This document shows positions 18,250 through 28,932 of a stretch of 39,026 bases of DNA, one piece after another. The translations under genes were made by a program, and so were the position numbers. The DNA is from Escherichia phage HK446. Location: the sequence record NC_019714.1. The stretch is one strand, 5' to 3'. The notes beneath the pieces are model-generated. The model saw nothing but the letters and a program-made list of their open reading frames with translations, was not told where the DNA came from and did not search any database. Numbering within the stretch: position 1 is the stretch's first letter; the number at the start of each line of letters is the position of its first letter.

Positions 18250-18887
18250 TGGCCGAATTTGGCGCGATGATATTAATGGACAACGGGAACCCATTTGTAA
18301 CGCCCCAGTCAACGCCTTTTTGTCTTTACGGCAAGTACACTTTCAACTCCTCTGCTAATGGCAGTTCGCAGCAGGTTGCTCAGAATATTGCATTAAATGC
18401 TGACTACCCTGTGATGGTATTTATCAGGACCACAAATACCGCCCAGCCCACGCCAGTAATATCTTACCGGAACGGCGGAAATATATATGTCGCGGGGGTT
18501 AATCCCTATAACCAGAGCTTCACGTTAACCGCATATATTTTTGCCATATTTCCCCAGACGTTACCGAAATGGGGGATGGCCATCTGGGATTCGAGCGGGA
18601 AGCTGGTACTCACTAATGAGTCCCGCGTGCTGTCAGACTTGCAGACAATCGGAACGCCTGGAGCAAACGGCGGGATTAACATTGACCAGACGCTTGATGG
18701 TTCATGGGCAGTGGCTCCATCAAGGCTGGGGCAAGTGAACAGAAACGACGCTTACTCATCTTGTAGGTATTCAGGCACAAGTACAAGAATAAACGCCGGT
18801 ACAGCCGCAAATACACCTGGCGGTGCTGGAGGGGTGATAAATAATGGAATTATCCTGACAGCAATTAAAACAGACGCCTATGATTGA
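18249..18887 (+). CDS. Hypothetical tail-associated protein
   Basis: 212-aa ORF with ATGA-type overlap to the upstream gene; internal WGMAIWDSSGK segment paralogous to the upstream ORF. Confidence 0.45.
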   Translation: MAEFGAMILMDNGNPFVTPQSTPFCLYGKYTFNSSANGSSQQVAQNIALNADYPVMVFIRTTNTAQPTPVISYRNGGNIYVAGVNPYNQSFTLTAYIFAIFPQTLPKWGMAIWDSSGKLVLTNESRVLSDLQTIGTPGANGGINIDQTLDGSWAVAPSRLGQVNRNDAYSSCRYSGTSTRINAGTAANTPGGAGGVINNGIILTAIKTDAYD

Positions 18888-18994
18888 TTGTTTTGAGCGA
18901 TCAATAACAAATAATTTATCTATCTAATCAATTATATCCATCGATTATGTATTGGTATCTTCGAAGCTACTGAATACCTCTGGATACTATCAAA

Positions 18995-19228
18995 ATGAAA
19001 AGGCTAATTATCTGCATAGCGGGCGCTTTAATGCTGTCTGGTTGCGCTGGTGTACTTGAGAAACAGAAACCGATTTGCAGCGGCACGGCATATATGGGTG
19101 GCCATGAGAATACCGTTATGATTTACGCCGTTCGAAAGCAAAACAACCAGACGCAATACCGGGCCGGATATCCCTTTAACTGGCGCTGGGTAAGTGCGAA
19201 CACATTCACAAGCACGACATGTAAATAA
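18995..19228 (+). CDS. Small lipoprotein (possibly Cor-like exclusion lipoprotein)
   Basis: 77-aa ORF with signal peptide and lipobox (LMLSGC); in the position where lambdoid phages often carry cor or lom-type morons. Confidence 0.5.
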   Translation: MKRLIICIAGALMLSGCAGVLEKQKPICSGTAYMGGHENTVMIYAVRKQNNQTQYRAGYPFNWRWVSANTFTSTTCK

Positions 19229-19248
19229 CTCATGATTTTCAATGCAAA

Positions 19249-19270
19249 CCTCGCCTCGGCGGGGTTTTTT
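19249..19270 (+). terminator. Intrinsic terminator after lipoprotein gene
   Basis: CCTCGC-ctcg-GCGGGG stem followed by T6. Confidence 0.6.
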
Positions 19271-19286
19271 ATTGCCTGGAGAAAAT

Positions 19287-20555
19287 ATGCTTTATAACAC
19301 TGGAACCATCGCCATTAACGGAAACAGCGCCACCGGCACGGGCACGAACTGGACGGCAACCGCCAGCCAGGTTCGCGCTGGCCAGACGATTATCGTGATG
19401 TCTAACCCGGTGCAGCTGTTCCAGGTTTCATCCGTGAACAGCGCCACGTCAATGACGGTTACGCCAGCTGCATCACCGGCGCTGAGCGGCCAGAAGTACG
19501 GCATTCTGGTATCAGACAATATCTCGGTTGATGGGCTGGCGCTGGCCATGTCGCAGCTTATCAAGGAGTATGACGAGAATATTGGTGCGTGGGAGACGTT
19601 CGCCACAACCTCAGCCAACCAGAACATTACCGTTACGATCAATGGCACCAGTTTATCAATCCCGGCTCTTGGGAAATTACTGCAGAAGGGGAGCAACGGA
19701 GCTTTGCCGGTTAATCAAGGTGGTACCGGCGCAACGAATGCCGCAGACGCTCGCACAAACCTTGGTCTGGGAAGTGCGGCGACAAAAAACACAGGAGCGT
19801 CCTTCGGCGATGTAATGACAGTGGGGGCTTTTGGGCTGGGAAGCGTTGCGGACGGGTACTACTACGGTGCGCCAACGGGGTTTTACGGCAGCCCTCCGGA
19901 TAACCCAAGCAGTGGCATTGGGGTAGCAACAATAAAGAGCGTTGTGGGTGGATATTCAACAGATTTATCCATGACCCTTGCATCCACAGCCCGCCTTTTT
20001 CTGAGAAATATCGGACCTGGTGGCGGCGGTCTATGGGCAGAATTTTACAGCAACAGAAATACTACAACAGCTGCAGACGGAACCCTGAAAGTGGCATCCC
20101 CCATTGTTAAAATACTTCACGATGGTCGGCATGAAAACAATGATGAATCTTATGGCTGCACAGTTACCAGGCTCGGGGTTGGTGAATATCTCATTGAAGG
20201 ATGTACGGGGCTCAATTCTGATGCAGCCTGGGGTGGTATCGATGGCGGCTTTGACATCCCCAAAGATCGAAACAGGCAACCACTGATATGGCTGGACTAT
20301 GAGATCAACGCTGACGGTTCGGTGCTGGTAAAAACCTATCATCGTACCCATCCTGACGCTCCAGTTTTTGCACGTAACGAGCGGGACGGATACGCCAGTG
20401 GTGACCCGATTGATATTCCTGCCGACCAGTTCGTGTCAGTACGTGTAGAGATGCCACGCGACAGTATCTGGCACCAGAAACAGAAGGAGATGCGGGAAGT
20501 GATGGAGGACGCTGAGCGTGGGCGCCAGCAAAATCAGCAGAATACCCAGTCGTAA
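19287..20555 (+). CDS. Tail fiber protein (putative)
   Basis: Large ORF after J with GGAGA SD at the internal ATG (MLYNTGTIAING...); Gly/Thr-rich repeats typical of fibers; the track ORF opens at 19242. Confidence 0.5.
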   Translation: MLYNTGTIAINGNSATGTGTNWTATASQVRAGQTIIVMSNPVQLFQVSSVNSATSMTVTPAASPALSGQKYGILVSDNISVDGLALAMSQLIKEYDENIGAWETFATTSANQNITVTINGTSLSIPALGKLLQKGSNGALPVNQGGTGATNAADARTNLGLGSAATKNTGASFGDVMTVGAFGLGSVADGYYYGAPTGFYGSPPDNPSSGIGVATIKSVVGGYSTDLSMTLASTARLFLRNIGPGGGGLWAEFYSNRNTTTAADGTLKVASPIVKILHDGRHENNDESYGCTVTRLGVGEYLIEGCTGLNSDAAWGGIDGGFDIPKDRNRQPLIWLDYEINADGSVLVKTYHRTHPDAPVFARNERDGYASGDPIDIPADQFVSVRVEMPRDSIWHQKQKEMREVMEDAERGRQQNQQNTQS

Positions 20556-20771
20556 AAATTATAACTGCCGCAACCATGCCGTATGCAAGAGCATGATTGC
20601 GGCCGACTAGCGAACGTTCGATAGTGCGAGTATTGAATGATTTCCAGCCGTTACCGATTTTACTATGTTTTCAGTAGAACGCTTAGACAAAACTGAGGCG
20701 CACAAAGCTTTGCACTGGATTGCAAGACTTTGTGCTCTTCTGTGGATGTGTGTCTACATGTTTGAAGATTG

Positions 20772-20787
20772 TTGTGCCGTATTTGTG
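20772..20787. repeat. Integrase arm-type site candidate (TTGTGCCGTATTTGTG), copy 1
   Basis: 16-bp direct repeat found on both sides of the att core. Confidence 0.45.
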
Positions 20788-20895
20788 ACATACACATGGC
20801 AACATCATGCATCAACTTTCTGTTTGTGCCATCAACTATAGATTAGTGAATGCGGTTAATGCTTGCTAAACAGATAGTTATGATTGGTGCTACAG

Positions 20896-20941
20896 ATTCG
20901 TAATGCGAAGGTCGTAGGTTCGACTCCTATTATCGGCACCA
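20896..20941 (+). other. attP core: about 46 bp matching the 3' end of tRNA-Thr (thrW), anticodon loop through CCA
   Basis: ATTCGTAATGCGAAGGTCGTAGGTTCGACTCCTATTATCGGCACCA matches my recollection of the thrW 3' half; upstream sequence does not complete a tRNA; lies next to the int 3' end. Confidence 0.65.
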
Positions 20942-20955
20942 TTTAAATCAATAAG

Positions 20956-22116
20956 TTACCTAGCATTTAAGTAAACTACGTTCTCCTCTTGTGCCGTATT
21001 TGTGCCATTGCGACTTATAATCGCATCGATTTTGCTCGCGTGCTCGGTGAGATGCCCGGCTGAAAGGTGGGCGTATCTTTGAACCATTTCGAGAGTTTCC
21101 CATCCTCCCATCTCTTTAAGTGCAAGAAGAGAGACTCCAGACTGAACCAGCCAGCTTGCCCAGGTATGCCTCAAGTCATGGAATCGGAAGTTGCTAATGC
21201 CTGCCCGCTTTAACGCTCCCTTCCATGCCTTGTTGCTGTCGGTTCTCATCTTCCTTACCGCTGCTGTTTTTGTTCCGTCGCTTCGGTAGGCAGGTTTGGT
21301 GTGGACAAATACCCATCTCTTATGGAGCCCCTGCTGTTTTCTTAATATCTGGCATGCGGTTTCGTTAAGAGGAACTCCGATCGCATTGCCAGCTTTTGTT
21401 TCATCAGGGTGCATCCATGCCATTTTCTTATCCAGATCGACCTGTGACCACTCAAGGTCTGTAACGTTGGAACGGCGAAGGCCTGTCGTGATTGCAAACA
21501 TGACCACAGGGAAGAAATGAGGAGCAATTTCTGCAAACAGGCGCTTCGATTCCTCCTCTGTAAGCCATCTGATTCGTCCATTCTTAACGCGTGGTGTTGA
21601 TATTTTTGGCGCCCTGTCAAGCCATCCCCATTCAACAGCCATATTGAGAATAGCGCGAAGTATTGCCAGATGCCGCGTCTTCGTTCCTTTGCTTGCCAGC
21701 TTTGGTTTATACTCCGGCACTGGCTTGCCAAGCCGCAAACACCTGTCCCGGCTCATTTCCCAGTTCAGGCGATGGCGGCGGTTTTCCATCCCGTCTACCG
21801 CCTCCATTATTTTTTCTGTTGTTATGTCAGAGAGAATGGTTTCTCTGAAGTGCAACATCCAGAACGATATAATGCTCTTGTCATCATCAATGGACTTCTT
21901 ATCCGATTTCTCACGCAGCCACCGTATGCAGGCTTCCTTGAATAGCTTTTTCGGTGATTCCCCGAGATTTTTTACTCTCCACGCTTCTGCTTTCAGACGA
22001 TCGTGAAGTTCTTGCGCTTGCCTTTTGTCCGATGTTTCAAGAGAGCGTCTAACTCTTGATCCATCTGGCGCGACGAAATCGCAGTGCCACGTGCCACCGC
22101 GTAGTTTGATTGACAT
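20956..22116 (-). CDS. int: Tyrosine integrase (P22-like, thrW-targeting)
   Basis: 386-aa ORF with C-terminal catalytic region (HDLRHTWASW ... RYAHL); adjacent to tRNA-Thr-derived core. Confidence 0.92.
   Translation of the reverse strand: MSIKLRGGTWHCDFVAPDGSRVRRSLETSDKRQAQELHDRLKAEAWRVKNLGESPKKLFKEACIRWLREKSDKKSIDDDKSIISFWMLHFRETILSDITTEKIMEAVDGMENRRHRLNWEMSRDRCLRLGKPVPEYKPKLASKGTKTRHLAILRAILNMAVEWGWLDRAPKISTPRVKNGRIRWLTEEESKRLFAEIAPHFFPVVMFAITTGLRRSNVTDLEWSQVDLDKKMAWMHPDETKAGNAIGVPLNETACQILRKQQGLHKRWVFVHTKPAYRSDGTKTAAVRKMRTDSNKAWKGALKRAGISNFRFHDLRHTWASWLVQSGVSLLALKEMGGWETLEMVQRYAHLSAGHLTEHASKIDAIISRNGTNTAQEENVVYLNAR
20989..21004. repeat. Integrase arm-type site candidate (TTGTGCCGTATTTGTG), copy 2
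   Basis: Second copy of the 16-bp repeat, inside the 3' end of int coding sequence. Confidence 0.45.
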
Positions 22117-22340
22117 GCTTTAACCTCCTGCACATCAACCGCATTCACCGCGCTATTGTGTCTCACAGACTTAAGCGCCGCAATGCAGTCTGACTTGCAA
22201 ATGCGATATGGACTTTTAGGTTTATCTGGATTTATCTTTGCGGCCTGAAGTCGTCCACTTCGTATCCACTGTGTGATAGTGCCTTTGTCTACCTTCAGAT
22301 ACGATGCTGCCTCTTCACGAGTGAAGATTTCTTCTTCCAC
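21993..22340 (-). CDS. xis: Excisionase (putative)
   Basis: 115-aa ORF upstream of and overlapping int; HTH segment (TREEAASYLKVDKGTITQWIRSGRL); GTG start with GGAG SD. Confidence 0.6.
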   Translation of the reverse strand: MEEEIFTREEAASYLKVDKGTITQWIRSGRLQAAKINPDKPKSPYRICKSDCIAALKSVRHNSAVNAVDVQEVKACQSNYAVARGTAISSRQMDQELDALLKHRTKGKRKNFTIV

Positions 22341-22507
22341 CTGGAATCTCCATTTGTTGGATTGACATTATTGCGGTAGGTCTGGATATCTTGAGAAATG
22401 AACAGGCCTCATCGAGTGTGAGGCGTTAGTCATTGCGTAGCTCGCTGATTATTCTGTAAGTCTCTGGTGCTTTGCTATCTCACGCAGTGCCTGATAGTCA
22501 ATCTTGC

Positions 22508-23035
22508 TCACTGGTTGCCTCCTTTGCGAAGCTGGTCGGAGAACGATTGCAACTCATTGAGAATTGTTTCTGTCTTATCTGGGTTGCATTCGTTACGGAT
22601 AATCCACTCTATGCGACCGATGAAGTCAGTACGCTCCTGCGCCCGTACTTCAGCCAGGAAAGCATCGGTGGCTGGGGTTTCGACATCAAGCACAAACTGA
22701 AACTCATGCAGCGTTTGCCCGTCGATGAAGTCACCGGAATCAGAGCTGATAGTGGCGTTGAATTTCTCGTATACCTTGCACGCTTCACTCAGCAATTCTC
22801 GACCATTAGACTTCATCCCCGCATTCTCCGCAGCCAGCGACGTGCACTTGGCTTCAAGGTTATCAATCGTGATTCCAGCAGAGCGACACTCCCGCAACGC
22901 CGTTTCCAGTTTTGATTCAAGTTCACCGAACTTACGGGCAAGATATTCAGCGTTTGTTTCGTTAACCTTTAAATCTCGTGGGATGCATTTACCTTTCAGA
23001 AAACCATCCATCTCAATTAGTGTCATTTGTTTCAT
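22508..23035 (-). CDS. Hypothetical early protein
   Basis: ORF in leftward early operon; start set at ATG (MKQMTL) that overlaps the stop of the upstream small ORF. Confidence 0.45.
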   Translation of the reverse strand: MKQMTLIEMDGFLKGKCIPRDLKVNETNAEYLARKFGELESKLETALRECRSAGITIDNLEAKCTSLAAENAGMKSNGRELLSEACKVYEKFNATISSDSGDFIDGQTLHEFQFVLDVETPATDAFLAEVRAQERTDFIGRIEWIIRNECNPDKTETILNELQSFSDQLRKGGNQ

Positions 23036-23196
23036 TTCTTCCCACTCCGCCACATCGCATTCAGATATTTGTTGTCATTAACAGAACCGAAACTATTTCT
23101 TTTAAGCAATTCCTCTCTCGATGGCATTGGCTTTACGCGTTGGCGAATAATCATTTCTGCCGGAAGAATGCCGGGATTGTATGCAAGTCCTCTCAT
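23032..23196 (-). CDS. Hypothetical small protein (54 aa)
   Basis: Not in track (<60 aa); GGAGAG SD; ATGA overlaps with both neighbours. Confidence 0.35.
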   Translation of the reverse strand: MRGLAYNPGILPAEMIIRQRVKPMPSREELLKRNSFGSVNDNKYLNAMWRSGKK

Positions 23197-23501
23197 GATT
23201 TACTCTCCACGAACTGGTCAATAGCCATGCTAAGTGACACACCTAAAGTCTCGATATGCTGCTGAATATCCTGTAGCGTCTGCGCCTGAGATAACAGGAT
23301 TTCACGGTTGCATAACTCTTTAACCAGATGCTCAAACTTGCTGTAATAACCGATACGGCTTAGTGTTTCTTTCCCTGCATTCTCGCCTTCTTTGATAATT
23401 CCTCTTTCACTAAGAATCAGGTCGTGTTTGGTTCCGGTAATAACGTATTTGCCGAGGTCGATGTTTAGCTTCATTGTTTTCATTGTAAATTCCTCAGTCA
23501 T
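23193..23501 (-). CDS. Hypothetical early protein
   Basis: Start set at ATG (MTEEF) overlapping upstream stop; track ORF extends further 5'. Confidence 0.45.
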   Translation of the reverse strand: MTEEFTMKTMKLNIDLGKYVITGTKHDLILSERGIIKEGENAGKETLSRIGYYSKFEHLVKELCNREILLSQAQTLQDIQQHIETLGVSLSMAIDQFVESKS

Positions 23502-23787
23502 TACTGATAGCGCCATAGCGTGAGCGGTAATTACGCAGGCGCGGGTCAATTTCAGGGAAGTGGGTATATGTGGCTTTGCGGAATGGTCGGATTGATGTCT
23601 GGTAAATTCGCTCGCGTTCTTCTTTCTCTGCAAGCCATATACAATGGCGAAATTCCTTTTCCTCTTTCGTTTCCTGCGGTAGCGACATTATCAGGTCGTA
23701 GTTTTTTCTGAATTTATCCAGCACCTCCGATACGGAATTGCCGGAACAGCGGCGCGCGTCATCCGCACCATACAGAGGCGCTGGCAT
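23494..23787 (-). CDS. Hypothetical early protein
   Basis: 97-aa ORF in the coupled leftward gene chain. Confidence 0.45.
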   Translation of the reverse strand: MPAPLYGADDARRCSGNSVSEVLDKFRKNYDLIMSLPQETKEEKEFRHCIWLAEKEERERIYQTSIRPFRKATYTHFPEIDPRLRNYRSRYGAISND

Positions 23788-23810
23788 AATGGAATCCTTA
23801 TTTTTCTAAA

Positions 23811-24194
23811 TCAGAATGGGATGGAATCGTCGTATACAGGATGATTTTGATGATTGCTACTTTGTTGCTGTTGGCTGTTTCCTGAAGTTGCAAATCCAAT
23901 CTTTGCATTCAGTAATTCAAGAGTGATTGATTGACCATTTTGCCCCTGATAAACATCAACCCTGATGTTTTCTCCGGTAATTTCCACAATGCCACCTTCA
24001 ACAAGAACACTACGGTAGTAATCCGCTTGCGCTCCCGGCTTGGCAAATACAACGGCGCTGTAATTTGTCCATTCTTTCTTTTTTGTCTGGCGATCGTAAT
24101 ACTGAACGCCAGCACGGATGTTGAATCCGATATTTTCCCCGGCCTGAAACTCTCTTGCGGGCTTGTTTAGTCTTACAGTAATCGAATGTGCCAT
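23811..24194 (-). CDS. ssb: Single-stranded DNA-binding protein
   Basis: Start overlaps erf stop (TAATG); OB-fold-like N-terminus; acidic C-terminal tail ...YDDSIPF, the hallmark SSB tip; track ORF opens upstream at a non-coupled start. Confidence 0.7.
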   Translation of the reverse strand: MAHSITVRLNKPAREFQAGENIGFNIRAGVQYYDRQTKKKEWTNYSAVVFAKPGAQADYYRSVLVEGGIVEITGENIRVDVYQGQNGQSITLELLNAKIGFATSGNSQQQQSSNHQNHPVYDDSIPF

Positions 24195-24799
24195 TAAGCA
24201 GCCGCTCCTTCTAATTCGTCTCGTCTGATGTTGTAAACGTCCTGCGCTTTGTGCTGCTCCGGTGTTCCTTCGAGCATCTTCCACGCTTTGGCGAACGCCT
24301 GTTTAAGCTCTTCCACGGTGTTTTTCTGCATTGCTGCGTCAGTGAATGCTTTTAGAACCTGTTCAGGTGTAGGTGATGGTTTTGATTGCTTTGCTGCTGC
24401 GTTCTGCTGATGTTTATGCTCGTCTGTATCTGCATCTTTCGCATCATCTATGCCGAACAAACCATTGAGGCAATACTTGCGTGCATAAGAGCTTGTAGCT
24501 CCCGTAACTTGTGCAGAATCCATTCCTTTCTTGCTTTCTTCCTCTCGTGCAAGAGCGGTTGCCGTATGACTGTTTTCGCCATCGGTAATAGTTGCCGTGG
24601 CTTTCACGTAATACCGATCACCAATCAACACAACTTCATCGCTGATTGATAAAAACAGGCCATTCAGCAGCGGCTTAACACCCTCAAGAATGTCTTCGCA
24701 GCTTCTGTATTTATATTTGCCGAATGAGTTGTATTGATTCTTTGGCGCGTTCAGATTCTCCTGAATAGCTGCCAGTCTTGCGTAAAATTCTTTGCTCAT
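24194..24799 (-). CDS. erf: Erf-family single-strand annealing recombinase
   Basis: MSKEFYARLAAIQENLNAPKNQYNSFGKYKYRSCEDILEGVKPLL... matches my recollection of P22 Erf N-terminal domain; start set at internal ATG. Confidence 0.8.
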   Translation of the reverse strand: MSKEFYARLAAIQENLNAPKNQYNSFGKYKYRSCEDILEGVKPLLNGLFLSISDEVVLIGDRYYVKATATITDGENSHTATALAREEESKKGMDSAQVTGATSSYARKYCLNGLFGIDDAKDADTDEHKHQQNAAAKQSKPSPTPEQVLKAFTDAAMQKNTVEELKQAFAKAWKMLEGTPEQHKAQDVYNIRRDELEGAAA

Positions 24800-24888
24800 A
24801 TGTTTGTTCTCAGAATGGACATGGCCCAAGGAAATAACGCTGATTTAATACTTCAGTCTTTGCCGCATTTAAAAATACGCGAACACCT

Positions 24889-25059
24889 TCACGATCTCCC
24901 TTCTGGCGATACATTAACGCCTGCTGCGTGTACATGCGTCTCTGTAACTTGCTCTCCTTCACTGTGGTTGCAAGTGACATACATATCTCCTTCGTTACCG
25001 ATTAATTCTTTCATCTGACGAATGAATTCTTCGTCTGACCAGTTATCTGTAAAACTCAT
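24889..25059 (-). CDS. Hypothetical small protein (56 aa) coupled to kil-like gene
   Basis: ATG overlaps the stop of the upstream kil-like ORF (ATGA); the track ORF opens at a GTG further upstream. Confidence 0.4.
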   Translation of the reverse strand: MSFTDNWSDEEFIRQMKELIGNEGDMYVTCNHSEGEQVTETHVHAAGVNVSPEGRS

Positions 25060-25208
25060 TTCCTGCGATACCACGGAAGGTTGATAGCTGATTTCATCGC
25101 TTTATTTGCTTCAAGCCACATTTTTGAATCACCAATAAATCTGGCTATTACTGCTTTGTTCTGTGCAGCACGAAGCATCTGGTGATTGATGGCTATTTCA
25201 TTGCGCAT
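25056..25208 (-). CDS. kil: Kil-like small protein (50 aa)
   Basis: Not in track; GGAGG SD; segment RFIGDSKMWLEA resembles lambda Kil (FIGDEKMFREA); sits between cIII-like gene and recombination genes. Confidence 0.45.
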   Translation of the reverse strand: MRNEIAINHQMLRAAQNKAVIARFIGDSKMWLEANKAMKSAINLPWYRRK

Positions 25209-25327
25209 AACGCCTCCAGTTGTTTCTTTGCTGCTCTGATTAATTGTTTAACTCGGCGTGATAATTCAGATTCGTGCGGGTAGAAAGCGGACATGACGCC
25301 GCTACCCGCGAGCTGAAAGTGCATCAT
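25193..25327 (-). CDS. cIII: CIII-like FtsH inhibitor
   Basis: 44-aa ORF with TAAGGAG SD; central PHESELSRRVKQLIRAAKKQLEAL resembles lambda CIII amphipathic core (PSESLLERITRKLRDGWKRLIDIL). Confidence 0.6.
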   Translation of the reverse strand: MMHFQLAGSGVMSAFYPHESELSRRVKQLIRAAKKQLEALCAMK

Positions 25328-25410
25328 GGGTAACTCCTTATATTTGATTGCATAACGAAAATGCCTCTGGTGAAGCATTATTGGTATGCGGTAAAGCCGC
25401 GCTCAGGCGG

Positions 25411-25659
25411 CTACTCTATTTCTTCTTCGAATGATTTTATTAGTCGGTCAATAACATCATCCGTTTCAATATCATTTCCGTCTGATTGCTTTAATACATC
25501 TATTGATTCTGCAGCGGTAAACTCCATCGCTGTGAGAAACTCGACAATTGCACACTCAACGACATATCGTTCTTCATCTGTACGACATGAGATAAAAGAG
25601 CATTTAATTGCTGTTATTACTTTTTGTTTAAGCTCTGCAGGGTAATCAGTTTTTATCAT
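25411..25659 (-). CDS. Hypothetical acidic protein (82 aa) in the ral position
   Basis: GGAG SD; strongly acidic C-terminus (DGNDIETDDVIDRLIKSFEEEIE); first gene downstream of tL1-like terminator. Confidence 0.5.
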   Translation of the reverse strand: MIKTDYPAELKQKVITAIKCSFISCRTDEERYVVECAIVEFLTAMEFTAAESIDVLKQSDGNDIETDDVIDRLIKSFEEEIE

Positions 25660-25671
25660 CGTTTACTCCGT

Positions 25672-25700
25672 CAAAAAAAACTGCCCTCACATTGGAGGGC
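25672..25700 (-). terminator. tL1-like intrinsic terminator on leftward transcript
   Basis: GCCCTC-6 nt-GAGGGC hairpin followed on the minus strand by a T8 run. Confidence 0.65.
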
Positions 25701-25762
25701 AAAGAAGATTTCCAATAATCAGAACAAGTCGGCTCCTGTTTAGTTACGAGCGACATTGCTCC

Positions 25763-25790
25763 GTGTATTCACTCGTTGGAATGAATACAC
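25763..25790. repeat. Perfect 9-bp inverted repeat (GTGTATTCA-N10-TGAATACAC)
   Basis: Palindromic site between tL1 and the plus-strand ORF; candidate regulator binding site or RNA stem. Confidence 0.5.
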
Positions 25791-25823
25791 AGTGCAGTGT
25801 TTATTAGTATGCCTGTCTTTTAA

Positions 25824-26721
<898 letters not shown>

Positions 26722-26989
26722 CTGGATTCTCCTGTCAGTTAGCTTTGGTGGTGTGGTGGCTGGTAGTCTAGCTCCAGCTTGTTGAGTCTCATTCGGAGGG
26801 GTATAACCGGCACCCCAGCGATTTTTCCATGCGACAACGTGCGCGTTATGGCGGCCTTATCGCCCGCGGCTCCCCATCTCGTCCACGCTATTGCTAGCGT
26901 TGGGAGCGCTTCACCGCTCAACAGTAGGTAAGCACTTGCCAGTGACTAGCTGGCTTCACCACACCCCAAAGCCTTCTGCTTTGAATGCT

Positions 26990-27020
26990 GCCCTTCTTCA
27001 GGGCTTAATTTTTAAGAGCC
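26990..27020 (-). promoter_or_regulatory. nutL (boxB hairpin GCCCTGAAGAAGGGC and boxA-like GGCTCTTA)
   Basis: Reverse complement carries the lambda boxB sequence and a boxA-like octamer within the PL leader. Confidence 0.8.
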
Positions 27021-27052
27021 TCACCTTCATGGTGGTCAGTGCGTCCTGCTGA

Positions 27053-27132
27053 TGGCTTAAAATTACAAGAAAGATTGTATGTTGTAAACAAGAAATATTG
27101 CAAAAAGGGGCGTGAAAAACAAACTCCATTGT
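27053..27132 (-). promoter_or_regulatory. PL promoter with 434-type OL operators
   Basis: Three 14-bp ACAA-N6-TTGT-type sites (about 27065-27078, 27088-27101, 27119-27132); leftward transcript inferred to start near 27053 (ATCAGCAGG...). Confidence 0.7.
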
Positions 27133-27181
27133 TTTTAAATGAAAAATAGTTTGTTTTTGGTTATCGAGATTGAGGTGGGGA

Positions 27182-28227
<1,046 letters not shown>

Positions 28228-28246
28228 TTATTTACCTCCAATCTTC

Positions 28247-28534
<288 letters not shown>

Positions 28535-28653
28535 GACATTCCCGCTCTTACACATCCCAGCCCTGAAAAAGGGCATCAAATTAAACCACACCTATGGTGT
28601 ATGCATTTATTTGCATACATTCAATCAATTGTTATCTAAGGAAATACTTACAT

Positions 28654-28932
28654 ATGCAACTTACAAGTACTCGCAAGAAAGCGAATGCAATTACAAGCAA
28701 CATCCTGAATCGAATTGCTGTACGTGGCCAGCGAAAGGTTGCCGACGCGTTAGGGATTAATGAATCGCAAATTTCGCGATGGAAAGACAGCTTCATCCCA
28801 AAAATGGGAATGCTTCTGGCTGTTCTTGAATGGGGTGTTGAAGACGAGGAGTTGGCGGAACTGGCTAAGAAAGTAGCCAGAATGCTGACAAAAGAAAAAG
28901 CCCCGAAGAACGGCGAATTCTTCGAGGCCTGA
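28654..28932 (+). CDS. cII: CII transcriptional activator
   Basis: Segment ...GINESQISRWKDSFIPKMGMLLAVLEWGVEDEEL... closely resembles lambda CII (DKSQISRWKRDWIPKFSMLLAVLEWGV); start set at internal ATG. Confidence 0.85.
   Translation: MQLTSTRKKANAITSNILNRIAVRGQRKVADALGINESQISRWKDSFIPKMGMLLAVLEWGVEDEELAELAKKVARMLTKEKAPKNGEFFEA

Noticed and set aside
20880-20945. Calling the tRNA-Thr-like segment a functional tRNA gene
   Set aside because: Only the 3' part (anticodon loop to CCA) is tRNA-like; upstream sequence cannot form D-arm and acceptor pairing, consistent with an att core rather than a gene
20556-20955. Interpreting the att region as a prophage-host junction
   Set aside because: Phage genes continue on both sides (tail fiber on the left, int on the right), so this is attP, not attL or attR
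26739-26921. 60-aa minus-strand ORF in the PL leader
   Set aside because: Would start at TTG with no SD and lies in the N leader; more likely non-coding leader sequence
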